Part shown: one piece after another, positions 9,135-20,400 of the stretch
How the letters are laid out: every line of letters starts with the position of its first letter
Numbering within the stretch: the first letter of the stretch is position 1
Source: Candidatus Falkowbacteria bacterium CG10_big_fil_rev_8_21_14_0_10_39_11
Lineage (GTDB): Bacteria > Patescibacteriota > Patescibacteriia > UBA11705
Assembly (NCBI GenBank): GCA_002773615.1
Contig: PFAP01000002.1
Coordinates: 1 to 54,594 of the forward strand
Direction: 5' to 3'
Length of the DNA stretch: 54,594 nucleotides
Position numbers and translations under genes: made by a program
The notes under the pieces: model-generated
The model's database searches: none
The model's input: the letters and a program-made list of their open reading frames with translations, nothing else
Told to the model about the DNA's origin: nothing

Positions 9135-10277
9135 ATGGAAAATATAAAGCCAAAAACTTGGATTGAATTAAGTCAAGAAAATATTAATTTTAATTTGGAT
9201 AAATTTCGAAACAGAGTAGGGGAGCAGGTTAAAATTATGGGAGTGGTCAAGTCAAATGCTTATGGGCATGGGGCGATTCAGGTTGCCCGGATGATTGAGA
9301 AAAAGGTAGATTACTTTGCGGTTGATTCGATTGACGAGGCGTTAGAAATCAAAAATGAAGTAGGGGGGAAGCCGATCCTCATTTTGGGATATACTTTGCA
9401 TGACAATTTGAAAATAGTGATTGAAAATGAGTTTGAACAGGTATTAGCAAACATTGAGACTCTTGAAAGATTGAAAAAAGAATCTGAAATATTAAAAAAG
9501 GCGGCCAAGGTTCATTTGAAGATTGAAACTGGTACCTCACGTCAAGGAATTTTTCAAGCAGATATTGATCAGTATTTGGATTTAATCAAAGCATCTAATT
9601 TTTTGCAGTTAGCTGGAATCTCAACTCATTTTGCCAATATTGAGGATACTACAGATTTTTCTTTTGCGATGAAACAATTGGATGTATATAAAAAAGCGGT
9701 TGAATATATTGAGCAAAAAGGTTTCTTTGGATTTTTGAAACATACGGCCAGTAGTGCCGCAGCGATTATTTATCCTGAAACTCATTTTGATGCGGTCAGA
9801 GTTGGAATAAGTCTTTACGGTTTGTGGTCAGCGCCTCAAACTTTTGTTACTTCCGGGCAAATAAATAATGGTTTTGCTTTGAAGCCGGTATTAACGTGGA
9901 AGACCATTGTGGCTCATATAAAAACATTACCCGCGGGGACATATGTTAGTTATGGCTGTACGGAAAAAGTGGAAAAGGAAACACAAGTGGCTGTATTGCC
10001 AATTGGCTATCGTGATGGTTTTGATCGTAAACTGTCTTCAATTGGCGAAGTTTTGATTCATGGCAAGCGATGTCGAGTTTTGGGTCGCGTGTGTATGAAT
10101 ATGGTTGTGGTAGACATAGATCATCTTGATGATGTCCAATTGGAAGATGATGTGGTTTTGATTGGACCGCAATATGATGAAGTGGTCACAGCTGAAGAGA
10201 TTGCAGCCAAGATCAACACCATTAACTATGAGGTAGTAACAAGAATTAATTGGGAGATTGAGAGACGTAAAATATAA
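9135..10277 (+). CDS. alr: alanine racemase
   Basis: VVKSNAYGHG PLP-lysine motif, HLKIETG, VSYG, GRVCMN, TINYE. Confidence 0.97.
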   Translation: MENIKPKTWIELSQENINFNLDKFRNRVGEQVKIMGVVKSNAYGHGAIQVARMIEKKVDYFAVDSIDEALEIKNEVGGKPILILGYTLHDNLKIVIENEFEQVLANIETLERLKKESEILKKAAKVHLKIETGTSRQGIFQADIDQYLDLIKASNFLQLAGISTHFANIEDTTDFSFAMKQLDVYKKAVEYIEQKGFFGFLKHTASSAAAIIYPETHFDAVRVGISLYGLWSAPQTFVTSGQINNGFALKPVLTWKTIVAHIKTLPAGTYVSYGCTEKVEKETQVAVLPIGYRDGFDRKLSSIGEVLIHGKRCRVLGRVCMNMVVVDIDHLDDVQLEDDVVLIGPQYDEVVTAEEIAAKINTINYEVVTRINWEIERRKI

Positions 10278-10399
10278 TTTACCTAATTATACTAATTGCT
10301 CTAATTAACCCAAATAAATGCCAGGATCCAATTACTCTAAATTACTATTTTGGGATTTAGTAATTGGGCATTACTTATAATAATTAGATCAATTAGAGC

Positions 10400-10440
10400 T
10401 TATTCGCCATAAGACGAATCCGTCCTTCGGCGGAGAATAA
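10400..10440. repeat. intergenic palindromic element (CCGCCGAAGG..GGATTCG type)
   Basis: TTATTC...GAATAA arms enclosing a GC-rich core just before ftsQ. Confidence 0.45.
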
Positions 10441-10445
10441 TTTTC

Positions 10446-11264
10446 ATGGTGTCATATCTAAAAAAAGATTACAAAGATTTGGAGTTAGCCAACCCACGGA
10501 AGCTAAAAGAAGCCGGCCAAAAGAAACGGAAAATGTTTCGATTTTTATTGATTGCCATTTCTGTCGGGATGGTATTCTTTATTTATTGGTTATTTTTTTC
10601 GCCACAATTTCAGATTAGGGAAATCAATATTGGCGGCATTAATAAAATCAGTCAGGAAAAATTTGATAATATTGTCAATGAATACCGTTATAGTCGAAAG
10701 TATTATATCTTTCCCAGAAATAACTTGTTGATCTTTTCCGGTGATGGTTTGAGGGGCAGAATCGGTGAAAGTTATCTGCTTCAAAAGATTGATATCTACA
10801 AAGATTATCCCGGCTATCTGGAAATATGGGTGGAAGAAAAAGATTCCAATATTGTCTGGTTGACTGATGATTACTGTTTTCATTTGGATCAAGAAGGAGT
10901 CGCAATTGAAACCTGCGACAGTGCATCGCGATCCAATATTATAAAAATTAAGGATGTTAGTAATAATGCCGTATTGATCAGTCGGGGAGTAGTGCAGGCG
11001 GAAACTTTGGACAAAATGATTCGAGCCAAGGAGGCTTTGAGTGAATTTGTCACTCCGGATGTTTTTCATTATCAAGATGATGGACCATTTTCTTTGCGAG
11101 TTACTACCGATCAAACGTTTGATATTTATTTGAATCTTGAAGAGGGGATTGAGGCTCAAGTTCAGAGATTAAAATTACTTTTAACTCAAGATAAAATACA
11201 GCAAGATTTACCGCAAATTAAGTATTTTGATTTGAGATTTGGAAAAAAAATATACTATCAGTAA
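10446..11264 (+). CDS. ftsQ: cell division protein FtsQ/DivIB
   Basis: basic N-terminus, single TM, POTRA-like region, C-terminal YFDLRF motif. Confidence 0.85.
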   Translation: MVSYLKKDYKDLELANPRKLKEAGQKKRKMFRFLLIAISVGMVFFIYWLFFSPQFQIREINIGGINKISQEKFDNIVNEYRYSRKYYIFPRNNLLIFSGDGLRGRIGESYLLQKIDIYKDYPGYLEIWVEEKDSNIVWLTDDYCFHLDQEGVAIETCDSASRSNIIKIKDVSNNAVLISRGVVQAETLDKMIRAKEALSEFVTPDVFHYQDDGPFSLRVTTDQTFDIYLNLEEGIEAQVQRLKLLLTQDKIQQDLPQIKYFDLRFGKKIYYQ

Positions 11265-11898
11265 TGTTGGTAAAGGATAAGACGAGATAAGTAAGTACAG
11301 CGAGACAAATTGAGTTTGAGAAACTGACTAACAAGGTCAGTTTTTGTTATATTATTCTCTAACCCCCCCCTCCATTCGTGTTTTACGACACTCGGTTTTT
11401 TTTGACACATTTTTGGAGAAAAGGGTGTTCTGTTTTGATTGATTTATCACAATAAGTAGGAAAAGTGGAAATAGAGGCGTAATTTTTTTTATTTTTGCGA
11501 TTGTAAATTTAAAATTTAAAAAATGTTAAAAAACATATAGTTACATATATAACAAATTTTTCTGTTGATTGTGGCCCATTTGTTGTATATTTTAGGTCAA
11601 AAAACAAGGCTCAAAATGGCGTTTTAAGGCCTTTATTCTCTCTTTTAGGGCTAATATACCTATGAATGAATTTAATTAGCTAGTTTTAGTTAATAAAGAC
11701 TTGCTATTCGTTAATGTTTTTAACTGAATTGAGGTTGTTATAGGGGCAGAACGCCACTTTATTTTTCGCTAAAATAAGCTAAAAAACGAGACTTAAAATT
11801 GCGCTATATGCGACGTTTTTTGTTTATGTGACTGCTAGTATTCAGGATGTCGGCTAAAATAAGCGAATATATGGTTGTCGTGCAATGATAGTAGTTAT

Positions 11899-11926
11899 GT
11901 GTCGTAAAAGGTATATTTGGCGACAC
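11899..11926. other. dif-like 11-6-11 palindromic site (candidate tyrosine-recombinase site or operator)
   Basis: GTGTCGTAAAA-GGTATA-TTTGGCGACAC; arms 9/11 complementary. Confidence 0.4.
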
Positions 11927-12103
11927 TAACAATTGTCATCCAGTTTGATATTTCTTCTTCTCCGATTGGGTTCTCGTAATTATATCTAAATTAATGTTTT
12001 ACTATTTTATCATTTGTGTATCCCCCTTTGTGTTATGTAAATTGTCTTGTATCATTTAGTAAAAAATAGTATAATATAAACAAACAAAATTATAGACTCC
12101 CCT

Positions 12104-14218
12104 ATGAAAAGTAATTTATTTGTTTTTTTAAGAAACAAGAGTGTTTTAACAATTTTTTTTGGTGTTCTTTTGATATTGGCCTTGGTCAATGTTTTTTTAC
12201 CCCAAGCAATGGCTACGGCAACTGATATGCTTTTAAGTGAAGTAAGAATATCCCCTGCTGTTACAAGTCCAAATTTACAGGATAACCCATCTTTTGAGAC
12301 TTGGACCTCAAGCACCCTTGATGAGCCTTGGTTTGATGCAAATGATGATAGTATAGTCGATGTTGGAGAATATTGTGACTATGACAGTAGTGGTACTCGA
12401 ACGACTTATTCTCAAGCACTTTTTTCTACCGGAAGTTTATCTATTCTCCCCCTGGGTTCAACTTGCGGTACTTTTACGGAAGAAACAACTGATCCATACG
12501 TTGATACGTCTGCAATCAAGATGGCAACTGGAGCCTCTGAGTTACAAACGATTACAAATGTGGTTGGAAGTCAAATGTCCGTTTCAACCAGTACGGAATA
12601 TACAGTTTCATTTTACGCGAAAGGTGAAAGTGGATCAGAAAAGATTTATTTAACCATATATCTAAAGGATGGTTCAGCTGTTGAGTATAATTGGAACTTT
12701 ACATCTGGTGCATTTGACGCATATTCTGAGATACCAAGCATTGATCAATCAAATCTATTCACATTAACTACATCTTGGGCTCGATATACGTATACCTTTA
12801 CTTCAGATAAGACAGGTTCAATGGCGTTGAGTTTCTCATCTGGAACTGATGGTGCTTTACTCGGACGTGCAGACACAACCAATATGACAATTTATCTAGA
12901 TGCGGCTCAGGTAGAAGCAGCAAGCGCAGCAACCACATTTATGTCAGCTGATACAGCGAGTGCGACTTTTCTTGAATTATATAATCCAACTGATAGTGCG
13001 ATTGATATAGATAATTATATGGTCCAGTATCGTAAAGCGTCTGATGCTTGGGCTGAGTTTGGTGCTGTTACAACTACAACAAATGTTCCCTCCGGTGGTT
13101 TTTACTTGATTAAAGCTTCTGGTGGTGATCAGACCCTTACTGATGAGACTGCCTTTGATGTTGCTTATAATGCTTCTTCCGGAAATATGGCTTTTAGGGT
13201 GTGTACGAATTCGGCGGATTGTGCCAGTACAGTAATTGATACTCTGGGTCTTGCGTCTTCGCCCAGTTATGAAGGAGTTGCTTTTGATTTGAGTTCTTGG
13301 GATACATCCATGAGTTTTGAACGTAAAGCATATTCGGCATCGACGGTTGTCACGATGAGTAGTGGTGGTGGAGATGTTATTGCGGGTAATGGATATGATT
13401 CTGATGTTAATACAGATGATTTTGTTTTGCGCACAACACCAGATCCTCAATCATTAGCCAGCTCAGTAGAGGTTTATGTTGCTCCTGTGAGCACCACAAC
13501 TAGCAGTGCGGGCAACCAAAAAGCTGCCCAAGATTATTATGATGAATTGATACGCCAGCAAGAAGAATTGTTACAGGAACCAGATTTACCGGAGGTTAAT
13601 GAAGTGCCAGCGATTGATGAAACACCAGGTGAAACTGAAATAGATCAAACGGTGCCGGAAACTGACATTGAGAAAATAGTGCCGGTGGTTGAGTCTACAG
13701 TTCCTATTTTGCCGACCGAGAAAAATATTATTTCTGAAGCCTTGTCATTAAAAAATGTTGTTTTATTGATTTCAAGACTTCCCTTTGGCTCTGATTGGGA
13801 TTCGGTCCATTTTTTGAGTTATGGACTCAATGGGTTGCAAGACGGTTATACTCAAAGAGATCGTGTTGGTTTGTTGAACGATTATTATAATACAAATCAT
13901 GATTTACCCAGAAATGAATCTGATTGGGTAAATATTGTTCGTATGGCTGATGGTTTGATACCGAATGAAAAGGTTGTTGAATCTGAGCGGCGAGCCATAG
14001 AACAATTTGTTAGAATCTATAAACGATCAGTTGATTTTTCTAATAAGTCAGATGAAAAATTTGTTCATATGTTGGCTTATGGGCTTCGGGTGCAAGATCG
14101 AGATTTGCAACAAGAACAAAAAACTTTAACGTTATACGTGTCTGTGTTTGAAAGATTGCCTGATTCATCGTATCATTGGTCTGTTTTGAGAGCGATGGCT
14201 TATTCTGATGTACAATAA
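12104..14218 (+). CDS. secreted surface protein: lamin-tail-like and carbohydrate-binding-like domains, CPR-type C-terminal domain
   Basis: signal peptide, LLSEV...FLELYNPT, NPSFE motif, C-terminal WSVLRAMAYS. Confidence 0.85.
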   Translation: MKSNLFVFLRNKSVLTIFFGVLLILALVNVFLPQAMATATDMLLSEVRISPAVTSPNLQDNPSFETWTSSTLDEPWFDANDDSIVDVGEYCDYDSSGTRTTYSQALFSTGSLSILPLGSTCGTFTEETTDPYVDTSAIKMATGASELQTITNVVGSQMSVSTSTEYTVSFYAKGESGSEKIYLTIYLKDGSAVEYNWNFTSGAFDAYSEIPSIDQSNLFTLTTSWARYTYTFTSDKTGSMALSFSSGTDGALLGRADTTNMTIYLDAAQVEAASAATTFMSADTASATFLELYNPTDSAIDIDNYMVQYRKASDAWAEFGAVTTTTNVPSGGFYLIKASGGDQTLTDETAFDVAYNASSGNMAFRVCTNSADCASTVIDTLGLASSPSYEGVAFDLSSWDTSMSFERKAYSASTVVTMSSGGGDVIAGNGYDSDVNTDDFVLRTTPDPQSLASSVEVYVAPVSTTTSSAGNQKAAQDYYDELIRQQEELLQEPDLPEVNEVPAIDETPGETEIDQTVPETDIEKIVPVVESTVPILPTEKNIISEALSLKNVVLLISRLPFGSDWDSVHFLSYGLNGLQDGYTQRDRVGLLNDYYNTNHDLPRNESDWVNIVRMADGLIPNEKVVESERRAIEQFVRIYKRSVDFSNKSDEKFVHMLAYGLRVQDRDLQQEQKTLTLYVSVFERLPDSSYHWSVLRAMAYSDVQ

Positions 14219-14419
14219 AATATTTAAAAAATAGCGGGATTGTTTATCCCCTATTTTTTTATTTTATTATCCACAATAAAGATTAAAAATTGTTCAAAAA
14301 ATGGTATAATAATATTGATGAACATATTTGATGGTGAAGGAAATTTTAAATAAATTATTATATAATGGGAAGTGATTCTTCCCCCTATCTTTTAAGTAAA
14401 AAAAATTAAAAAAATAAAT

Positions 14420-17400
14420 ATGGTAAAGCAAAGCAAAAACCAGTTTAGGATTTTTACAACAGTTTTGATGCTGGCTACATTAATTTGGACGGCTGGTGTT
14501 GGTGGCTATTTATTGTTAAATCCATATAATGTCTCAGCTGGAGACTCCCCGATTGTTTTTAGTGAGGTTGAAGTCTCTCCAGGAATTTCTGGTACCAATT
14601 TGTTCACCTCTGATTCATCTTTTGAGTCTTGGGCCGATTCAACCATCCCTGAGCCGTTTGTTGATATGAATGGAAATTCAATACGTGACGAGGATGAGCC
14701 GTATTGTGATTTGGATTCCGGTGGTACACATACAACTTACTCGCAGGCATTACCTAATTCTGCTGATATTTTAGGCTTCTCTTTTGCCTGTGGCGGAAGT
14801 GTTACTCAAGAGACTACAGATGTTTATGATGGAAGTTCAGCTATCCGAATCAATACGGGTGATGGTGAAATGTGGACTGTTTATCCTAATGAAACAACGT
14901 CAATATCAAATTTAACTCAATATACGGTCTCATTTTATGCCAAGGGTTTGGTTGGCGGTGAAAAAATTTATTTGATGTTTGAGCCAACCGGTTTGGATGC
15001 TTCTGAGTACAGCTGGAATTTTGTCACTGAGTCTTCGGCCGTATATGAGGGGTTTATCACTGAAGAGACATCGAAAGTTTATGTGTTGACTGATAGTTGG
15101 GCTCGGTATACATACACCTTTACATCTGATCTTGATGGGACCGCATCGATTGGGTTTGTCGCTGGTGGTACGGGTGATGAGCCGGCTGTATTTATGGGCA
15201 GTGGTGCAAATCAAGTTATGTTGATAGATGCTGTTCAGTTTGAGGCAGATTCTACAGCCTCTTCTTATAACACCGGCGGGTCGGCTGGGTCAAATTTTGT
15301 TGAATTGTACAATCGGGGTGGTGGGGATATTGATGTTGATGGTTACACTGTTGAATATAAATTTGGGGCTGGTGACTGGGCTACTTTTGGAGCTGTTTCT
15401 GGTTCAAATACCTACTCAGGCGGTTACTTTTTCAATTTCAAAGCGTCCGGCGGAGATGCTGGGATCACTGATGAGTCAACATTTGACTCTGCTTTTTTAA
15501 CAAATTCAAATTCAATTGATGGATTGTCTTTACGATTATGCTCAAATGGTGCAGATTGCGCTAATACGATATTGGATACAGTTGGTTTTGGTTCTACTGC
15601 AACTGCATATGAGGGTGTGACGAAGGATGTGACCGGTTGGTCTCAGTCAAAGAGTTTTGAACGTAAGGCTTTATTTGATTCAACGGCTGCAACTATGGCT
15701 TCTGGTGGTAGTGATGAGCCGGCTGGAAACAGTTTTGATTCAGATAATAATAATTGGGATTTTGTGTTAAGAACCACACCTGAGCCTCAAGTCAAAAGCA
15801 GTACCCGTGAAGTTTTTGCAGACAATGTGGTTTTTGAGGATGTTAATCCGTATATTTATCATGAGCCGGTAGTCCAGGCTGATGACAATGGAGATTTGTA
15901 TTTATTCGCCGGTATTTTTGATGATAGTGATATTGCTACTACTGGTGTAAAAATATATTATCGAGTTGGAGACTCAGGATCTTTCACCGCAGCTAATTCA
16001 ACCAAAACAGTTACAGCTACTCCAGATATTACCAGTAGTGATTATTACGCCTTTATTATTCCTCAGGCTGATTTACAGGCAGCGGTTGCTGATGAGGGTG
16101 AGATTCAATATTATCTGGAGGCGAATGACGGCGTTTATACCACCACTATGCCTGATTATAATCCAACTTCATATCCTTTAAGTATTAATGTAACTGGTAC
16201 ATATACTGGAGCAAATGGTTTCTCCGGTACGGTCACGGATACGGCTAGTGCTGCTATTAATGGAGCTCTGGTTTTTATTAATGGGACTGGTTTTTTTACC
16301 TCGACCGATGCTAGTGGAAATTATAGCTTTGCATCACTCCCCTCTTCATATCAAGCCAGTGGATCATATCGAGTAACAGCGGTAATCTCTAATAGAATGG
16401 ATAGTGAATATATCGCTTATGATGGAGATACTACCGTTAATATCACTTTACCTACAGATTTTGGAAATTTTTCAGGTGGTGACAAAGAGGCTCCATTTGT
16501 TTCGTATACATCCCCTTTTGATGGTATGTACGGTATGCCGATTAATATTTGTGATCCAAATGATTCACTTCCTCCGGGAGTCGAGTTTTGTTCTCCGATT
16601 ATGGTTGGATTTTCAGAATCAATGAATTCCAGTACTGTAAATAACACTAATGTTACGGTTTATAATTGGGCAACTTCATCAAATCTCGATAATTTGACAA
16701 TTGAGGCAAATGGTAGTGACAGTGAATTTATTATTTATAGCACGACTCCCCTAGCTCCGAATACAACATATACAGTTTCTCTGGGTACGGGTGTTAAAGA
16801 TCATGCCAGCAATGCGTTGGGAGGAAATATGTCAGATGGAACGCATGAATTTACTTTTACAACAGAAGGGACTGAGTTTACCGGTGAGGGAGACCAGGAA
16901 TTTGGCAGCGGTGCTTTTCAGCCGCCATTTGTTCGAACAGTATCTCCAAATTTAGGTGGAAGTAATATTGCATTAAATGCGAAGTTGGTTGTTGATTTTG
17001 TTACTTCGGTAGACGTCTCGGAAACTAATTTAGCAAGAATTAAATTGTATGATGGCGACGATGAGATAAGTGTAACGCATACATATAGCACTGATAATCA
17101 ACGAGTATTTTTACAGCCATCGACTACATTAACGGCAAACACCGAATATGAAATTCAAGTTGCGGGTTCTTTTACTAGCAGTATGGGAGTTAGTCTTGGT
17201 GACCCTGGTCAATCTCAAAATTCCGATAATTATGTTTTCTTTGCATCGGAGTTTAAAACTGGAGCTACTTCTGATACCGTTGGACCTAAGGTGATGGGAC
17301 ATATTCCGGCATCTGGTGAAACAAGTGTAGCTGTTGGACTTTCTGCTGTTGAGATTGCGGTTAATGAATCATTGGATTCTTCTACAGTTAATACCACGAA

Positions 17401-20400
17401 TGTAAAATTAAAGAGAGGTAGTACTGTGGTGGGGGCTGAGGTGGTTTATAAGGAAACGGCAAAGGCAATCAGAATTTTGCCAAGTTCAGCTCTTCAAGCA
17501 AATACATCCTACACCGTTACTGTTGGTGTGGGTGTGACGGATATAGTCGGTAATGCATTTAATCAAGATGAAGACGCTTCAAATGGTGAGGCGTTGGAAG
17601 ATGTGTACGTATTTCAGTTTACGACAATGTCCACGATTGAATCTACCGCTCCTACAGTTATGGATGCCAGATGTGATGATTATCAATGTGTAATTACGTA
17701 CAGTGAATCCATGAATCATGTAAAGCAGATAAATACTGAAGATTGGACTGATGCTGTGGGTAAATGGGAAACAAGTGTGTTAAATAAAACTAATTATAAT
17801 ATTTCTGTCGATACCGGGGGCGGGCTGGCTTCGGCTGATCTTTCATCGGTTTTGTTATCTTATGACGGATATACAAACACTGTATCAATTAAAAATTTGA
17901 ATTTGTTAAGTGGTGTGGCCAATCCTGTCGGACAGCAAATGCCATATACCGTTACGGTTTATAGTTCGGTTGAGGCTGGGAAAGATGGTGTTCGGGATGT
18001 AGTTGGAAATGCTTTGGCTGCAAATGCTGTTTATGGTGGAAGTGTGGAGCTGAGTTCGGCAACTGGTGGTTTCTTTGGCCCTGATGCTGATGGTTTTGGG
18101 TCAGATGGTCCAGGAGATTTTGGTATGCATGATGCTGCAACCATGGGTGAAAAACCAATCGGTGTTTGGCCAATGAACGGTTTGGTCGGTTCAACGACTC
18201 ATTATTTTGTTGACCTTCCAGTTACTTCCGTTGTCCCAAATGGGGGGATTATCACGATGCTGTTTCCAAGTGGTTTCAACGTTGCCAATGCAGCAATAGA
18301 TTCAAATAGTCCAATGAATAAAGATGTTTCAGCCGGCTCGGGAAATGTTACCTTGAATTGTAGTGGTGATGCGGCTACTCGTTTGATAACGTGTACAGTT
18401 ACTGGAGCAACCAACACCAATGATTATTTGAGCTTTGAATTGAAAGGAATTGTAAATTCAAATATACCTAAAGATTTTAATACATCTGGTTATACGGTTG
18501 AGGTAAAAACAAAAAATGGTTCAACTTTACTGGAATCATTTACCACTATGCCATTTTTTATCACAGCTGGTGGAAATAATAGTATAACGTTGAATGTTTA
18601 TGCCGGAGCCAAGGTTGATGCGACAACCGGAAGTGTTGATGTTGATGGGACAACAATGAATTTGTTTGTTGGATCACCTATGACCGGTCCTTTGGATCAG
18701 ACTGTGACCTTTACGAACGGATATGCCACCGCAACTATCAATAATCTGCCTTCAGGTGAATATTTTGCATTTACCGAGCCGTCAGTTACATTGGGAGCCA
18801 GTGATTATTCCGGGATAATGCCAGAGCCTATTCACTTGAACTCATCAGTTAGCAAAGATTTGATTTTAAGTCGGATGGATGAATCATCGGCGGCAGCTTT
18901 GACGGTTTTGCTTACCGGAGATTTTGGAGCTGATGAAGATGTGGATATTTTTGCCGGTCATCCAAAGGGTTTTGTTGTCAAGACGATTGAAAATGTTGGT
19001 TCGGTTGTAAATCAACCTTATACAGTATATTTACCTTACAATGGTGACTGGTTCGTTGGAATGGGACCGTCTATGTCAAAGGGTGCAGTGGCGACGACTA
19101 TCGCTATGCCTGACTGGATGCCTCCAAAAGATAAAATGCTCAAAGTCACTGGGGTTGGAGAGTCGGTGCAAATAAAAAATATTGAAACACAAGGTGATGT
19201 AACCAGCAGTGGAGTTTCATTTGCCATATCTCAAGCGAATTATCAAATTAATGGAACTGTTGTTGATGGTTCAAATAATGTTATTGCCAATGCAGAGGTT
19301 TGGGCTTATCAACCGATGGGGTTTGGTGGAAGCGGTAATTTTACTCGGACTGGGTCAGATGGAACATTTACTCTAAAGATTGCCGAGTATGGAGTCTACA
19401 AAGTAGGTGCTTTTTTGCCAGGAATGCCAGAGTCACCTGAACTTTCAATCAATGTAAAGGCCAATTCAGCAGAAGTTGATGGAAATGCAACCTCAGATAT
19501 TTATCGTGGAGGTACTTTGGTCACTGCTGGTAATCCGTTTAAATTAAAATTATTAAAAGCTGATTATACGATTTCGGGTAAGGTTAAGGATGCAAATGCA
19601 AATGCTATTCAATATGCACCAGTTTGGGCTGAAGAAACAACGACTAAACAGCTAGTTCATGCTGGTACCGATTCCGGTGGTAGTTACGTGTTATATGTGG
19701 GGGCTGGAACTTGGTTGGTAAAATCAGAAGCACCATTTGGATCTGATGCCTGTGGTGGTATAAGTAAGACGGTGACGGTTGTAGATGGCTCGAAAACGGG
19801 ACAAAATTTGGAGCCAACAGCTGGGACGTGTTATACCCTGAGCGGTACGATTTCAATTGGTGGAACTCTTCAAACAAATGCGCCTGTATTTGTTGATGGT
19901 TGGACTGGTGATTTGAATACCGGCTATCCAAATGGAATCTTTAAGGATGCAAAGACAAATAGTGCCGGTCAGTTTTCAGTCAAGGTAGGAAATGGTACAT
20001 ATCGAGTCGGAACATGGACTTCTGATTTTGGTGAACGTGCGATTCTTGTCTCGATAAGTGGTGCAGATTCATCAGGAAATGACATTACGGTGACTAGTGA
20101 TAATTTGAAAACTTTAACGATTGATTTTACTGGGGGGCTATCTTCGATGACCGGTTTTCTGGAAGCAAAAAAAATAAACACTTCTGATCGACGCGGGAAA
20201 CCGGTAAGTAATTTGGCAGCCTCAGAAACAATGCAGTTAGAATCGGGTATGTATAAAGTTTTTTTACATGTTGATGGTGTTGGAGATTTCAATAATGCGA
20301 GTGTCGATTTGTCTTCTGATGCTTCAGTGGTTTTTGACATTTCATCTGTTTCATTAAATACTCTTACTGGAACGGTTGAGGATACCGATGGTACGGCGGT

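Noticed and set aside
10280-10400. Low-complexity CTAATT/AATTAG repeats (also ACGAAT repeats near 1693 and 6779)
   Set aside because: Irregular intergenic simple repeats with no constant unit or spacer
14267-14275. DnaA box TTATCCACA, possible oriC
   Set aside because: Single box; no dnaA/dnaN nearby and no visible skew switch
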